Both the position numbers and the translations under genes were made by a program. A stretch of DNA of 64,000 nt from positions 128,485 through 192,484 of the IMG/VR virus record IMGVR_UViG_3300049571_000380. The stretch is one strand, 5' to 3'. Below, one piece after another: positions 46,048 to 54,271 of the stretch (position 1 is the stretch's first letter; each line of letters starts with the position of its first letter). The notes beneath the pieces are model-generated. The model saw only the letters and a program-made list of their open reading frames with translations, did no database searches and had not been told where the DNA came from. This DNA is from a virus.

Positions 46048-46463
46048 ACACCGGTCGCCTCGACCTGAAGAGCCTCAACGTCGGCGAGCCCTGCACCATC
46101 ACGACCGGCGGCTCGTCGATCAAGCTGGTACACATCGGTCAGACCATCGAGATGGGCCTGTACCTCACGGGTATCGGCATGCAGCCGCTCGCCGACGACC
46201 GCCTGCTGCGGATCGAGCACGTCAAGGGGTTCCCCGTCTACTGGCTGCACCTGAGCAAGCTGGCCCCGAGGCGGCTGTACACGGTCCTCGTGACGAGTCC
46301 GCCCCGGATGCACGACGAAGCCATGGACTCCCGCTTCAGTGGGATGCCGGGCTGGCAGATCAGTGACGACACCCCAGGGAACGGGCCGCAGCCGGGCGAG
46401 ATGGAGTCCGGCGGCCGGAGCTGGAACCTGCTGGGCAAACTACTGGGAAGAAGGGAAGACTGA
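46044..46463 (+). CDS. Hypothetical protein
   Basis: GTGA coupling. Confidence 0.65.
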   Translation: MNTGRLDLKSLNVGEPCTITTGGSSIKLVHIGQTIEMGLYLTGIGMQPLADDRLLRIEHVKGFPVYWLHLSKLAPRRLYTVLVTSPPRMHDEAMDSRFSGMPGWQISDDTPGNGPQPGEMESGGRSWNLLGKLLGRRED

Positions 46464-46933
46464 TGGACCGCAGAGAGCTGCTGTTCCAGGACGAGTACTG
46501 GGTGGACGGTCCGGGACGGATCCACCGGGTTGCCGACATGGACATCAAGCACGCCCAGAACACCTACCGGTACCTGACCATGGCCGACCGGGCGCTGGCT
46601 CACCTCGACCTCCTGATCTCCTCGTCCCCGCTCGGGCCCGGCCCGAGCGGGGACGCTGCGACCGACGCCTACGAGGGCGAGCTGGCCCGGCTGGAGGCGG
46701 CACGCAGCAACCCCATCGGTTGGATCAAGGAGCTGCCCCTGCTGGTGGCCCTCCAGGAGCGCGGCTGGGGCAACCCCGAACCGAAGCCGAAGCCGAAGCC
46801 CCGGCACCGGGAGCTGCTGGTGGTGCTCAAGGTCAAGATCGGTCACGACGCTGACGCGAACCCGGTCGAGTGGGACATCGAAGAGGCAGTGAAGGCGCTG
46901 CCCTACGACATCGAGATCACCGACGTACGGTGA
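46463..46933 (+). CDS. Hypothetical protein
   Basis: TGATG coupling. Confidence 0.7.
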   Translation: MDRRELLFQDEYWVDGPGRIHRVADMDIKHAQNTYRYLTMADRALAHLDLLISSSPLGPGPSGDAATDAYEGELARLEAARSNPIGWIKELPLLVALQERGWGNPEPKPKPKPRHRELLVVLKVKIGHDADANPVEWDIEEAVKALPYDIEITDVR

Positions 46934-46955
46934 TCCGAACAAGGGAAGAGGAAGC

Positions 46956-47243
46956 GTGACGTACATCGAGAAGGCCAGGGAGATCCTGGTCGCGAAGCTC
47001 GCAGGGGCGATGGGGGACGGTCCGCTGATGGACCTGTACCTGCTGCTCGTCTTCACGAAGGGGGCTGACACCACCCTGGAGGATGTGCACGACGCCTGGG
47101 CCATCGCGAAGAGCCGCACGAGGCCGGACCATTGGTCGATCATTCCGTTCAGCGAGCTGACCGTCGAGATCCAGGAGCTGGACCGGGAGTTCGTGGAGGC
47201 CATCGCGGAGACGGCCAAGGAGCTGGAGGGCCGGGGCCGATGA
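46956..47243 (+). CDS. Hypothetical protein
   Basis: GAGGAAGC-GTG. Confidence 0.75.
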   Translation: MTYIEKAREILVAKLAGAMGDGPLMDLYLLLVFTKGADTTLEDVHDAWAIAKSRTRPDHWSIIPFSELTVEIQELDREFVEAIAETAKELEGRGR

Positions 47244-47881
47244 GACGCAGGCGACTGCTGGCGCTCGGCGCTGCCGGAGTCCTGGTGGCCTCGACCTGCA
47301 CGGCTGCCACGGCGGCCGGAACGGAGGAGCGACCGGTCACGGCGCGGGCGGTTGCCCCCGCGCGCATCGAACTGCCGCCGCTCGGCCGGATCGAAGGACC
47401 GAAGCCCGAGCCCCGGCCGACTTTCACCCCGCCGGTCCGCACGAAGGCTCCGGCGGTGCACCGGCCGACGGTCAAGCCGAAGCCTGTGGTGAAGCCCAAG
47501 TCGAAGCCGACCAAGACGGTGAAGAGGAAGGCCGCCGAGGCAGTCACCCGGATCGGTGGGTACGCCTTCTGCGGGTCGGCCGTGGCATCGGCCCAGCGCT
47601 GCATCGACCAGGGCAAGCTGACGCTGTACTACCCGGCCGGAGTGAGGACGCTGGCGGGACACAACTACATGGGCTGGTCCTGGATGGACGACCTGCCTGT
47701 GGGCCGGAAGGTGGTCATCGGCTCGGGTGCCCTAGCGGGCACGTACCGGGTGTACGGCCACGGCTGGGCGAAGCGGGGCAGTCAGGGCGGCACCTTCCCG
47801 TCGGCCGGTCTCGGCGCTTCGGTGGCGCTTCAGACGTGCACGAGCAACGGAACGGGCTTCTCCTTCCTCCGCCGCGCGTGA
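47240..47881 (+). CDS. Secreted or membrane-anchored protein with a Pro/Lys linker and a sortase-like C-terminal domain
   Basis: RRRR signal/anchor; LAGHNY..W..DDLPVGRKV..YRV..ALQTC. Confidence 0.65.
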   Translation: MRRRRLLALGAAGVLVASTCTAATAAGTEERPVTARAVAPARIELPPLGRIEGPKPEPRPTFTPPVRTKAPAVHRPTVKPKPVVKPKSKPTKTVKRKAAEAVTRIGGYAFCGSAVASAQRCIDQGKLTLYYPAGVRTLAGHNYMGWSWMDDLPVGRKVVIGSGALAGTYRVYGHGWAKRGSQGGTFPSAGLGASVALQTCTSNGTGFSFLRRA

Positions 47882-47996
47882 GGCTCATCACCGAAAACCG
47901 CTATGAGATAGCGAAGTTCTGCTGTAGAGTAGTACTCGTAGCCGGGAGGAAGAAGCTCCGTTGAGACAACGGAAGCAGGCGCCTCCCGGCAGGCAA

Positions 47997-48071
47997 AGGG
48001 ATATAGCTCAGTTCGGCCAGAGCAGCCGTCTCCAAAGCGGCGTGTCGCAGGTTCAACTCCTGCTATCCCTG
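47997..48071 (+). tRNA. tRNA-Trp(CCA)
   Basis: Cloverleaf; GCCGT CT CCA AA GCGGC. Confidence 0.9.
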
Positions 48072-48120
48072 CTGGTTCCCCGGGGTTACCCCCCCCCCGT
48101 CACCCTGGGGAACCTTCAAT

Positions 48121-48195
48121 CGGAATGTAGCGCAGCTTGTGTAGCGCGCTCGCTTCGGGAGCGAGAGGTCGCGGGTTCAAATCCCGCCATTCCGA
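48121..48195 (+). tRNA. tRNA-Pro(CGG)
   Basis: CTCGC TT CGG GA GCGAG; the D loop has GTG instead of GG. Confidence 0.9.
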
Positions 48196-48364
48196 CTGGA
48201 CTCCGGAGGTTGCCTTCCTTTAGAAGGCGACGTCCACGGCCTCCGGGGTCCGCAGTTCTCGCGCCGACCGCATTTAGTAGTGGAGGGCAGGGTTGGCATC
48301 CTGCACAGGGGAGACCGCCCGCCGGGTTTGCGAGTGGTCGGTAGTAGAAAGGCGGTCTCCCCGC

Positions 48365-48437
48365 GCCCTTGTAGCTCAGTCGGTAGAGCGCCGTCTTCGT
48401 AAGTCGGATGTAGCAGGTTCAATTCCTGTCGAGGGCT
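48365..48437 (+). tRNA. tRNA-Thr(CGT)
   Basis: CCGTC TT CGT AA GTCGG (one T-T mismatch). Confidence 0.85.
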
Positions 48438-48442
48438 CGTGG

Positions 48443-48516
48443 GTCCCTGTAGCTCAGATGGTCAGAGCACTCCCCTCATAAGGGAAAGGCCACTGGTTCA
48501 AGTCCAGTCAGGGATA
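48443..48516 (+). tRNA. tRNA-Met or tRNA-Ile2 (CAT)
   Basis: CTCCC CT CAT AA GGGAA. Confidence 0.85.
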
Positions 48517-48672
48517 CGAAGGTGCGGCGCGGACTCATAATCCGTAAGCCGTATGCCAGCGGAAGGATCGGGAGGACAGACCCGGCCGGGTGCTAGGCAG
48601 ACCCCTGGTGGAACGCTGTCCCGGGAAGCCAGGGGTTCCTGTTGGAATCGGGACGAGAAAGAAGGTGCGATC

Positions 48673-48795
48673 GTGAGCTGTAAGTGCAAAGCTCGGACGT
48701 ACGAAGGGCACCTGAAGAAGGTGCAGAAGGACGGATACCCCGCCCACGTCTACACGGGCCACTACTGGGGCCCCAAGGACGACAAGCAGAACTGA
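48673..48795 (+). CDS. 40-aa basic peptide inside the tRNA array
   Basis: GAAGGTG RBS; MSCKCKARTYEGHLKK... Confidence 0.5.
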   Translation: MSCKCKARTYEGHLKKVQKDGYPAHVYTGHYWGPKDDKQN

Positions 48796-48802
48796 AGAAC
48801 GC

Positions 48803-48875
48803 GCGCCCATAGCTCAGTTGGTAGAGCAGGAGATTCTTAATCTTCGTGTCACAGGTTCAAGTCCTGTTGGGCGTA
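48803..48875 (+). tRNA. tRNA-Lys(CTT)
   Basis: GGAGA TT CTT AA TCTTC. Confidence 0.9.
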
Positions 48876-48951
48876 CGTGAGGACTCGGAGGTACGTACTA
48901 CCCAGAATTGCTCGCCTGGGGGTCCGAGTGGCAGAGAACCGTACCAACCCT

Positions 48952-49026
48952 TGAGGTGTAGCTCAGTTCGGATAGAGCGCCGTACTACGGATGCGGAAGT
49001 CGCAGGTTCAAATCCTGTCACCTCAG
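48952..49026 (+). tRNA. tRNA-Arg(ACG)
   Basis: CCGTA CT ACG GA TGCGG. Confidence 0.9.
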
Positions 49027-49123
49027 CGAGACCCCCTGACGGGTCTATTGGGAGCCCCGCCGTAAGGCGGAGGCCGGGAAAGCGGGGCTCCCCTTTTTCA
49101 ACTCAACAGCGGCAAGAAGCAAT

Positions 49124-49197
49124 GGTCTCGTGGCTCAGTTCGGCAGAGCACTCGGTTGTCATCCGAGAGGTCGCGGGTTCAAATCCCGTCGGGACCG
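49124..49197 (+). tRNA. tRNA-Asp(GTC)
   Basis: CTCGG TT GTC AT CCGAG. Confidence 0.9.
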
Positions 49198-49345
49198 CTG
49201 GCTTCGGAGGCAGATCACATGGAGTTCGCCGTCATTTAGATGACTATCCATGAGGCAGACAGTGAGGCAAAGCGAGTCCTGAGCCAACCTTCTCCGGGAG
49301 GCGACGGAGGGTGGACCCCGCCCAGCTCCATCTCAAGGGGTGCCT

Positions 49346-49422
49346 GGCCCTGTAGCTCAGTTCGCGTAAGAGCGCTCGCCTGAAAAGCGAGAGGTTCGCC
49401 GGTTCGAATCCGGCCGGGGCCA
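49346..49422 (+). tRNA. tRNA-Phe(GAA)
   Basis: CTCGC CT GAA AA GCGAG; the D loop has GCG instead of GG. Confidence 0.9.
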
Positions 49423-49536
49423 CTGGCCGGACGGTAAGCTATCGACGCAGCCCCACTGTGGCGGGTGGGACATACATGCGAAGATAGCCCATGCGTGGAA
49501 GCATTGCCGTCCGGTTGCCGACAATTTCATAATCGA

Positions 49537-49608
49537 TCGCCCGTAGTTTAACTGGCAAAACTCCGGCCTCTGGAGTCGGCGTTCTTGGTTCAAATCCAGG
49601 CGGGCGAG
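49537..49608 (+). tRNA. tRNA-Gln(CTG)
   Basis: CCGGC CT CTG GA GTCGG. Confidence 0.9.
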
Positions 49609-49682
49609 CTGCGTCGGACCGGCACGTTGAGTGGTCCGTAACCAGTCGGTCGCGTGCGACCGGTCCGGCGTGAACAAGTCAA

Positions 49683-50145
49683 TCCCTCGTAGCTCAGTTG
49701 GCAGAGCAATGCGAATAACAGGATAGCGCGTGAGAGTTTGCACTAAGTGCGGAAAAAGCAAAAAGCTGTCTGAGTATTACCTCAGTAAGGGAAAGCCTAG
49801 ATCTCGCTGTAAACCCTGCTTCAATGAAAGCCATGCACCGAATGTGACCGCATGGAGGAGAAGGACCAAGGCGAAACTCGTTGAGGCTCACGGAGGAAAG
49901 TGCAAAGACTGCGGTTTGGTTGGTCCGCCGTACGTTTACGAATTTGATCACAGGGATCCCTCTCGGAAATCCTTCAATGTGACGGATTCGAAAACTACCA
50001 GATCTTGGGATGCAATTTTTGCAGAGTCCCTGAAGTGTGACCTCCTTTGCGCCAACTGTCACGCAATTCGCACCCATATTCAGAGGTGCGGAGGGTGTAA
50101 ATACTGTTAATCGACAGGTCACTGGTTCGAGTCCAGTCGGGGGAG
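49683..50145 (+). pseudogene. tRNA-Asn(GTT) split by an HNH gene (5' half 49683-49708, 3' half 50104-50145)
   Basis: TCCCTCG TA GCTC AGTTGGCA GAGC A ... CT GTT AA TCGAC AGGTC ACTGG TTCGAGT CCAGT CGGGGGA G. The acceptor strands pair, but the 5' anticodon-stem strand is missing. Confidence 0.8.
49730..50110 (+). CDS. HNH endonuclease (homing-type) with an N-terminal Zn finger
   Basis: CTKC..CKPC; CKDCG, EFDHRD, LCANCH; visibly AT-richer than its flanks. Confidence 0.9.
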   Translation: MRVCTKCGKSKKLSEYYLSKGKPRSRCKPCFNESHAPNVTAWRRRTKAKLVEAHGGKCKDCGLVGPPYVYEFDHRDPSRKSFNVTDSKTTRSWDAIFAESLKCDLLCANCHAIRTHIQRCGGCKYC

Positions 50146-50334
50146 CGTGTGCCGACGACACCATGCCCTTCCGTGGTCTGAAAAACCCGGTCGGGCTCAC
50201 AGTCGGTGGTAAAGGACCGCATTGCGCAGTGCGGTCGCGCGTGCAAGGGAACTCCGAGTCAGAGCCCGGCGAACAGGGCACCCGGAAAGGCCCTGTGGAG
50301 ACGTCCAGTGCAGGTTCGATCCCTGCCTCGCGCA
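50145..50334 (+). ncRNA. Putative tRNA-like structured RNA with a T-arm and 3' acceptor strand but no canonical D or anticodon arm
   Basis: GCAGG TTCGATC CCTGC CTCGCGC A at 50310-50334; possible 5' partner GCGTGTG (50145) or GCGCGTG (about 50236); several internal hairpins. Confidence 0.45.
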
Positions 50335-50435
50335 CTCAGGAGCGACCGTGCCTGAACAGCTTGGAGGAGTGATGGACATCGTCACCGGATTCACCTAGGT
50401 CCGCGAGATTCGCGGCCCTAGGAGGATGAATTCCG

Positions 50436-50831
50436 ATGGGCAAGACGCCGCATCACACGCCCGGAAAGTTCGACCAGCGCGAGTGGCCTGACGGCTACAT
50501 GATGTACTGGCGCAAGCGGCCGATCACTCCGGTGCGCGAGCACGAGGTCTACGACCTGCGCTACAGCGCTGCGGAACTCCGCAACGCCGAGAGGCAGGGC
50601 CGCAGGCCGCAGCCCCGGAAGGTGAGGCGCACCGCTCGCTGGTGGACCTACACCGGGGCCTGGACTCCCAGCTCCAGCCGGACCTACTGGGCCGGTAAGC
50701 ACGAGCGTGCCAACCGGCGCTACGTGAAGAGCAAGCTGGAAGCCGGGCGCCGCACGAAGGGCGAACTCGAACGTCGGCTGTACGAGAAGGCCGAGAAGGT
50801 TCCTCGCCGGATGTTGTACGACATCTGGTGA
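50436..50831 (+). CDS. Basic Trp/Arg-rich hypothetical protein
   Basis: GGAGGA RBS. Confidence 0.7.
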   Translation: MGKTPHHTPGKFDQREWPDGYMMYWRKRPITPVREHEVYDLRYSAAELRNAERQGRRPQPRKVRRTARWWTYTGAWTPSSSRTYWAGKHERANRRYVKSKLEAGRRTKGELERRLYEKAEKVPRRMLYDIW

Positions 50832-50840
50832 AATAGAAAG

Positions 50841-50913
50841 GCTCCTGTAGCTCAGCGGATAGAGCGCCGGATTCCGGATCCGGATGTCGCAGGTTCAATT
50901 CCTGTCAGGAGCA
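50841..50913 (+). tRNA. tRNA-Arg(CCG)
   Basis: CCGGA TT CCG GA TCCGG. Confidence 0.9.
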
Positions 50914-51064
50914 CGGCGGTGCCACCGCGTCACGCCGGGCGCGAATGGGTGCGAAAAGGCCAACTTTAGTGATCCGCGTGGCGGCTCTCCTGAAGAAAGA
51001 TCTCGCACGGTCGAGGCTATACGGCCCCCGCGCTTCTTTATCGGAAGAGGAGAAACGGGAAAAC

Positions 51065-51382
51065 ATGGCTGACACCATCACGGTTTCTGAACTGCCCAAG
51101 CCCAGCGGCATGTCCCAGGGACACCCCCAGTCGTACGAGATCACCGTCGAACCCGCCGCCCCCGGCGGCTCGTTGCCTCAGCTTCCCTTCCTCCACAAGG
51201 AGGACGGGATCACCATCGAGGACGGCACCGGCTACTGGATCACCAGCGCCCGGCAGGTCCCGGTGAAGGGTGTGGGTACGACCCGGTGGAAGTGGGTGTA
51301 CCGGGCGACGCGCGACACCTCCAACGACCCCGAGCCGTGGGATGACGAGGAGCCGTTCGGCGTCTCGCGCTTCGGGAGGTGA
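51065..51382 (+). CDS. Hypothetical protein
   Basis: ATG at 51065. Confidence 0.65.
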   Translation: MADTITVSELPKPSGMSQGHPQSYEITVEPAAPGGSLPQLPFLHKEDGITIEDGTGYWITSARQVPVKGVGTTRWKWVYRATRDTSNDPEPWDDEEPFGVSRFGR

Positions 51383-51885
51383 ACGGCGTGGCGGAGTACA
51401 AGGCAGGGATCATCAAGCATGCCGGTGCCTGGTTCAAGCTGCGCGTCAACGACGAGGGCGACTGGCTGACCGAGTTCGACGGCCGCGACCTGAAGCAGCC
51501 CACCCGGGCCAAGCTGCTCGCCGACATCGAACGCGTGATGCGCCTGAAGAAGAAGGCCGTCAACATCCCCTTCACGAAGGTCGAGTCGAAGAACAACGGC
51601 TACATCACCCTGAAGCACGGCGTGGTGACCGGCGTCCATGCGGGCACCGGCAATCTGCTCGTCTCCTGGGACGACGGAACCAACGGTCAGCTCGCCGTGG
51701 GCTACGGCTCGGAGGTCATGCGGCGCCTGCTTCCCCACGAGGAGGACGAGCTGCGCCGCCTCGTCAAGGAGGCCCACGAGAGCGCGGAGACCCTGCGCGA
51801 GTTCAGCCAGCGCCGCCAGGTCTACAAGGGCACGAAGGGCCTGACCGAGCAGGTCGAGGCCGAGCTGAAGAAGGGCGAGAAGTGA
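51379..51885 (+). CDS. Hypothetical protein
   Basis: GGAGGTG RBS. Confidence 0.75.
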   Translation: MNGVAEYKAGIIKHAGAWFKLRVNDEGDWLTEFDGRDLKQPTRAKLLADIERVMRLKKKAVNIPFTKVESKNNGYITLKHGVVTGVHAGTGNLLVSWDDGTNGQLAVGYGSEVMRRLLPHEEDELRRLVKEAHESAETLREFSQRRQVYKGTKGLTEQVEAELKKGEK

Positions 51886-52157
51886 TGGAGCGCAAGCTGG
51901 TTCAGGTCGATAGTTCGATCGAGTTCCGGGACGCCGTGATGACGCTCGACCGGGAGGGCCACAGCGGCAACATCTTCGTGCGCCGCACCGGAACGGACCA
52001 GACGTACCGGGTGATCCCCCGGCACACCGACGCCTTCCAGAAGATCACCTTCGCCGATCTCTTCCTGTCGAAGGTGCCGCCGATCTACATGGAGGACTTC
52101 GCTCAGGTGCTGGTGGGCCTGGAGTCGACCGGCACCTTCGACGTCTTCACCCGGTAG
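51885..52157 (+). CDS. Hypothetical protein
   Basis: TGATG coupling. Confidence 0.65.
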   Translation: MERKLVQVDSSIEFRDAVMTLDREGHSGNIFVRRTGTDQTYRVIPRHTDAFQKITFADLFLSKVPPIYMEDFAQVLVGLESTGTFDVFTR

Positions 52158-52166
52158 GGGGTCGCG

Positions 52167-52391
52167 ATGTACGGCGAGTACTACGACGGAAGGCGCAAGC
52201 ACCGGCCGATCAAGCGGCAGCCGCCGGGCCCCGAGGACATGCCGGACGAGACGACGGCCGCGCGGATCCGTGAGGCGATCGGGCGGTATCCGAAGGCGAC
52301 GGCTGAGGAGGTCCGGGTCTTCGTGAAGGAGCTGGAGCGCGGCCCCGAGTTCGACGTGAAGGCCACCCGCGCGGTCATGCACTTCGGATAG
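52167..52391 (+). CDS. Hypothetical protein
   Basis: ORF in an operon. Confidence 0.65.
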   Translation: MYGEYYDGRRKHRPIKRQPPGPEDMPDETTAARIREAIGRYPKATAEEVRVFVKELERGPEFDVKATRAVMHFG

Positions 52392-52394
52392 TAG

Positions 52395-52423
52395 TCAACT
52401 CGGCTACAGTTCGGTACAGTTGA
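52395..52423. promoter_or_regulatory. Operator-like palindrome over a plus-strand promoter
   Basis: TCAACT-N17-AGTTGA with two TACAGT -10-like hexamers. Confidence 0.7.
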
Positions 52424-52491
52424 AGAATCGCAACCCACGGAACCCCCGGTCTGGCGATCGGGGGTTCCGTCATCGGACGAGGAGAGAAGCG

Positions 52492-52704
52492 ATGGGCACG
52501 TACGACGGCGGGCAGGCGCCCGTGGACAGCTCGACCTGGAAGCAGGCGACCAGCGGCAAGGGTGGCGAGGTGCACCCGGCCCCGGCGCCGATGGTGCGCG
52601 ACGAGAGCACCGGCACCATGAAGCGAGCCGTCACCCCGGACCCGTACGCGAACGGCGGCAACGGCCACACCCTGCGCAACTTCGGCCACGGCGGTGGCCA
52701 GTGA
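52492..52704 (+). CDS. Hypothetical protein
   Basis: GAGGAGAG RBS. Confidence 0.65.
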   Translation: MGTYDGGQAPVDSSTWKQATSGKGGEVHPAPAPMVRDESTGTMKRAVTPDPYANGGNGHTLRNFGHGGGQ

Positions 52705-53132
52705 CGACGAAGATCGAGAGCGAGTACGACGTCGCCACGGTCCTCGGGTCGCTCGACATCGCCCGCTGGGGTGAGGTGCGTGAGGCCATCCGCAAGGGCG
52801 GCACCGGCTACGCGTTCGGGCCCGACCTGGACTTCGGCGAGGCGCCGGAGGGCGGTGACAGCGAGGCCGAGTACATCTTCAACGAGGCCACCGAGATCGC
52901 CGGGACGAACCGGCTCATGCGCCAGGCCGCGCGCAGCCTGCACGGCAACCTGGACGAAGCCCTGCGCCGGATCAGGTCGGCCCAGCGCAACATCCAGGAG
53001 TTGCGCGACCTCGGCGACATCGAGTTCCTGGAGGGCAACGGTGACGTCGAGCAGTTCCTGAAGGACGCTGCCCGTGCACTGCGCGCCGCCCAGGAGATGA
53101 AGCCCACCGACGAGACGGGGGAGATGAAGTGA
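52701..53132 (+). CDS. Hypothetical helical protein
   Basis: GTGA coupling. Confidence 0.75.
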   Translation: MTTKIESEYDVATVLGSLDIARWGEVREAIRKGGTGYAFGPDLDFGEAPEGGDSEAEYIFNEATEIAGTNRLMRQAARSLHGNLDEALRRIRSAQRNIQELRDLGDIEFLEGNGDVEQFLKDAARALRAAQEMKPTDETGEMK

Positions 53133-53371
53133 CCGGATCCGGCTGGGACAGCCACGGCCACGTCAGCGACCGGGGCCGTTCGGGGACGGCATGCCGGAAC
53201 CGGAAGCAGCACTTCGAGCGCTGGGTGGTCACGGTCAGGAACGCGAACTACTCCGCCTTCAACGGCTACCACCGCACGCCCAGTGACTACTCCGAGATCC
53301 GGTGCACGGCCTGCCCGACGCGCTGGCACTCGAAGGCGGCCTACGTGGACCAGCTTCCCGACGAGAAGTGA
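53129..53371 (+). CDS. Small Cys-containing hypothetical protein
   Basis: GTGA coupling; CTAC motif. Confidence 0.65.
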   Translation: MTGSGWDSHGHVSDRGRSGTACRNRKQHFERWVVTVRNANYSAFNGYHRTPSDYSEIRCTACPTRWHSKAAYVDQLPDEK

Positions 53372-53439
53372 ACACGCCACGGGGCTGGAAAACAGGGTAG
53401 ATTTCCTCCGGCAAGACAGCAGAGAGACCGGAGAGAAAC

Positions 53440-53646
53440 ATGCCTGCTGGCACCGTGAAGTGGTTCAACGCCGAGAAGGGCTTCGGCTTCATCGAGCAGG
53501 ACGGCGGCGGCCCCGACGTCTTCGTGCACTACTCGCAGATCAACGCCCAGGGCTACCGTCAGCTCGAAGAGGGCCAGCGGGTGGTGTTCGAGACCCAGCA
53601 GGGCAAGAAGGGGATCGAGGCGCAGGGCGTCACGGTCACTTCGTGA
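53440..53646 (+). CDS. cspA: Cold-shock protein (CspA family)
   Basis: [15 protein letters not shown] (RNP1) and DVFVHYS (RNP2). Confidence 0.95.
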   Translation: MPAGTVKWFNAEKGFGFIEQDGGGPDVFVHYSQINAQGYRQLEEGQRVVFETQQGKKGIEAQGVTVTS

Positions 53647-54155
53647 GAGCAGCGGAGCGCCCCGACTGGGACGCCTGGGCACTTGGCATCGCCAAGGCTG
53701 TGTCCCTCCGGGGAGACTGCACCAGGCGCCAGGTCGGGGCCATTCTGCTTGATCAGGGGCACCGGGTCATCGGCTGCGGCTACAACGGCGGCCCGGCTGG
53801 TGGCGAGAGCTGTCTGGCCGGTGAGTGCCCGCGTGGCAGGCACTACGAGATCTCGCAGTGCCCCGGGGAGCCGCATCCACCGGACTGCAAGTGCCGGGTG
53901 TTCACCGGCCGCTGCGCCTGCGGTGAAATGTGGCCCTGCGCCTGGTCGGTCGCGCCGGGCAGCTCGTACGACACGGGCCCCGGCATGTGCATCGCGGTGC
54001 ACGCCGAGATGAACGCCCTGCTGGACGTCTCGGATCGCAGCCGCCTGCTCGGCGCCACGATGTACATCACCGAGCAGCCCTGTGCCGGGTGCCTGAAGAT
54101 CTTGAAGAACACCGAGATCAAGACGTTCGTCTGGCCAGGCGGCCGGATCGGCTGA
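53643..54155 (+). CDS. dCMP deaminase with a Cys-rich insertion
   Basis: [24 protein letters not shown]. Confidence 0.9.
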   Translation: MRAAERPDWDAWALGIAKAVSLRGDCTRRQVGAILLDQGHRVIGCGYNGGPAGGESCLAGECPRGRHYEISQCPGEPHPPDCKCRVFTGRCACGEMWPCAWSVAPGSSYDTGPGMCIAVHAEMNALLDVSDRSRLLGATMYITEQPCAGCLKILKNTEIKTFVWPGGRIG

Positions 54156-54271
54156 GTGACGGGCCTCTCCTTGACGGAGGGGCCCGTTCCCGTATCCCCG
54201 GTGGCCTGGGCCATGTTAGAATCGAAGGACCAACTAGCCTTACCGGCAAGGAACTTCGGAGAGGGAAGAAC

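Noticed and set aside
48086-48098. C10 homopolymer as a phase-variation switch
   Set aside because: It lies in a non-coding hairpin loop between tRNAs, with no ORF or promoter spacing to alter.
49260-49300. GAGTCCTGAGCCAA resembles the Q element of tRNA-Leu group I introns
   Set aside because: No matching R/S elements or interrupted exon nearby; treated as part of a spacer hairpin.
49709-50103. Group I intron in tRNA-Asn
   Set aside because: Almost the whole insert is the HNH ORF, leaving no space for a catalytic core, and the 5' anticodon-stem strand is missing from the exons.
50145-50334. tmRNA
   Set aside because: Too short, no G3-U70 pair, and no tag ORF with a nearby stop.
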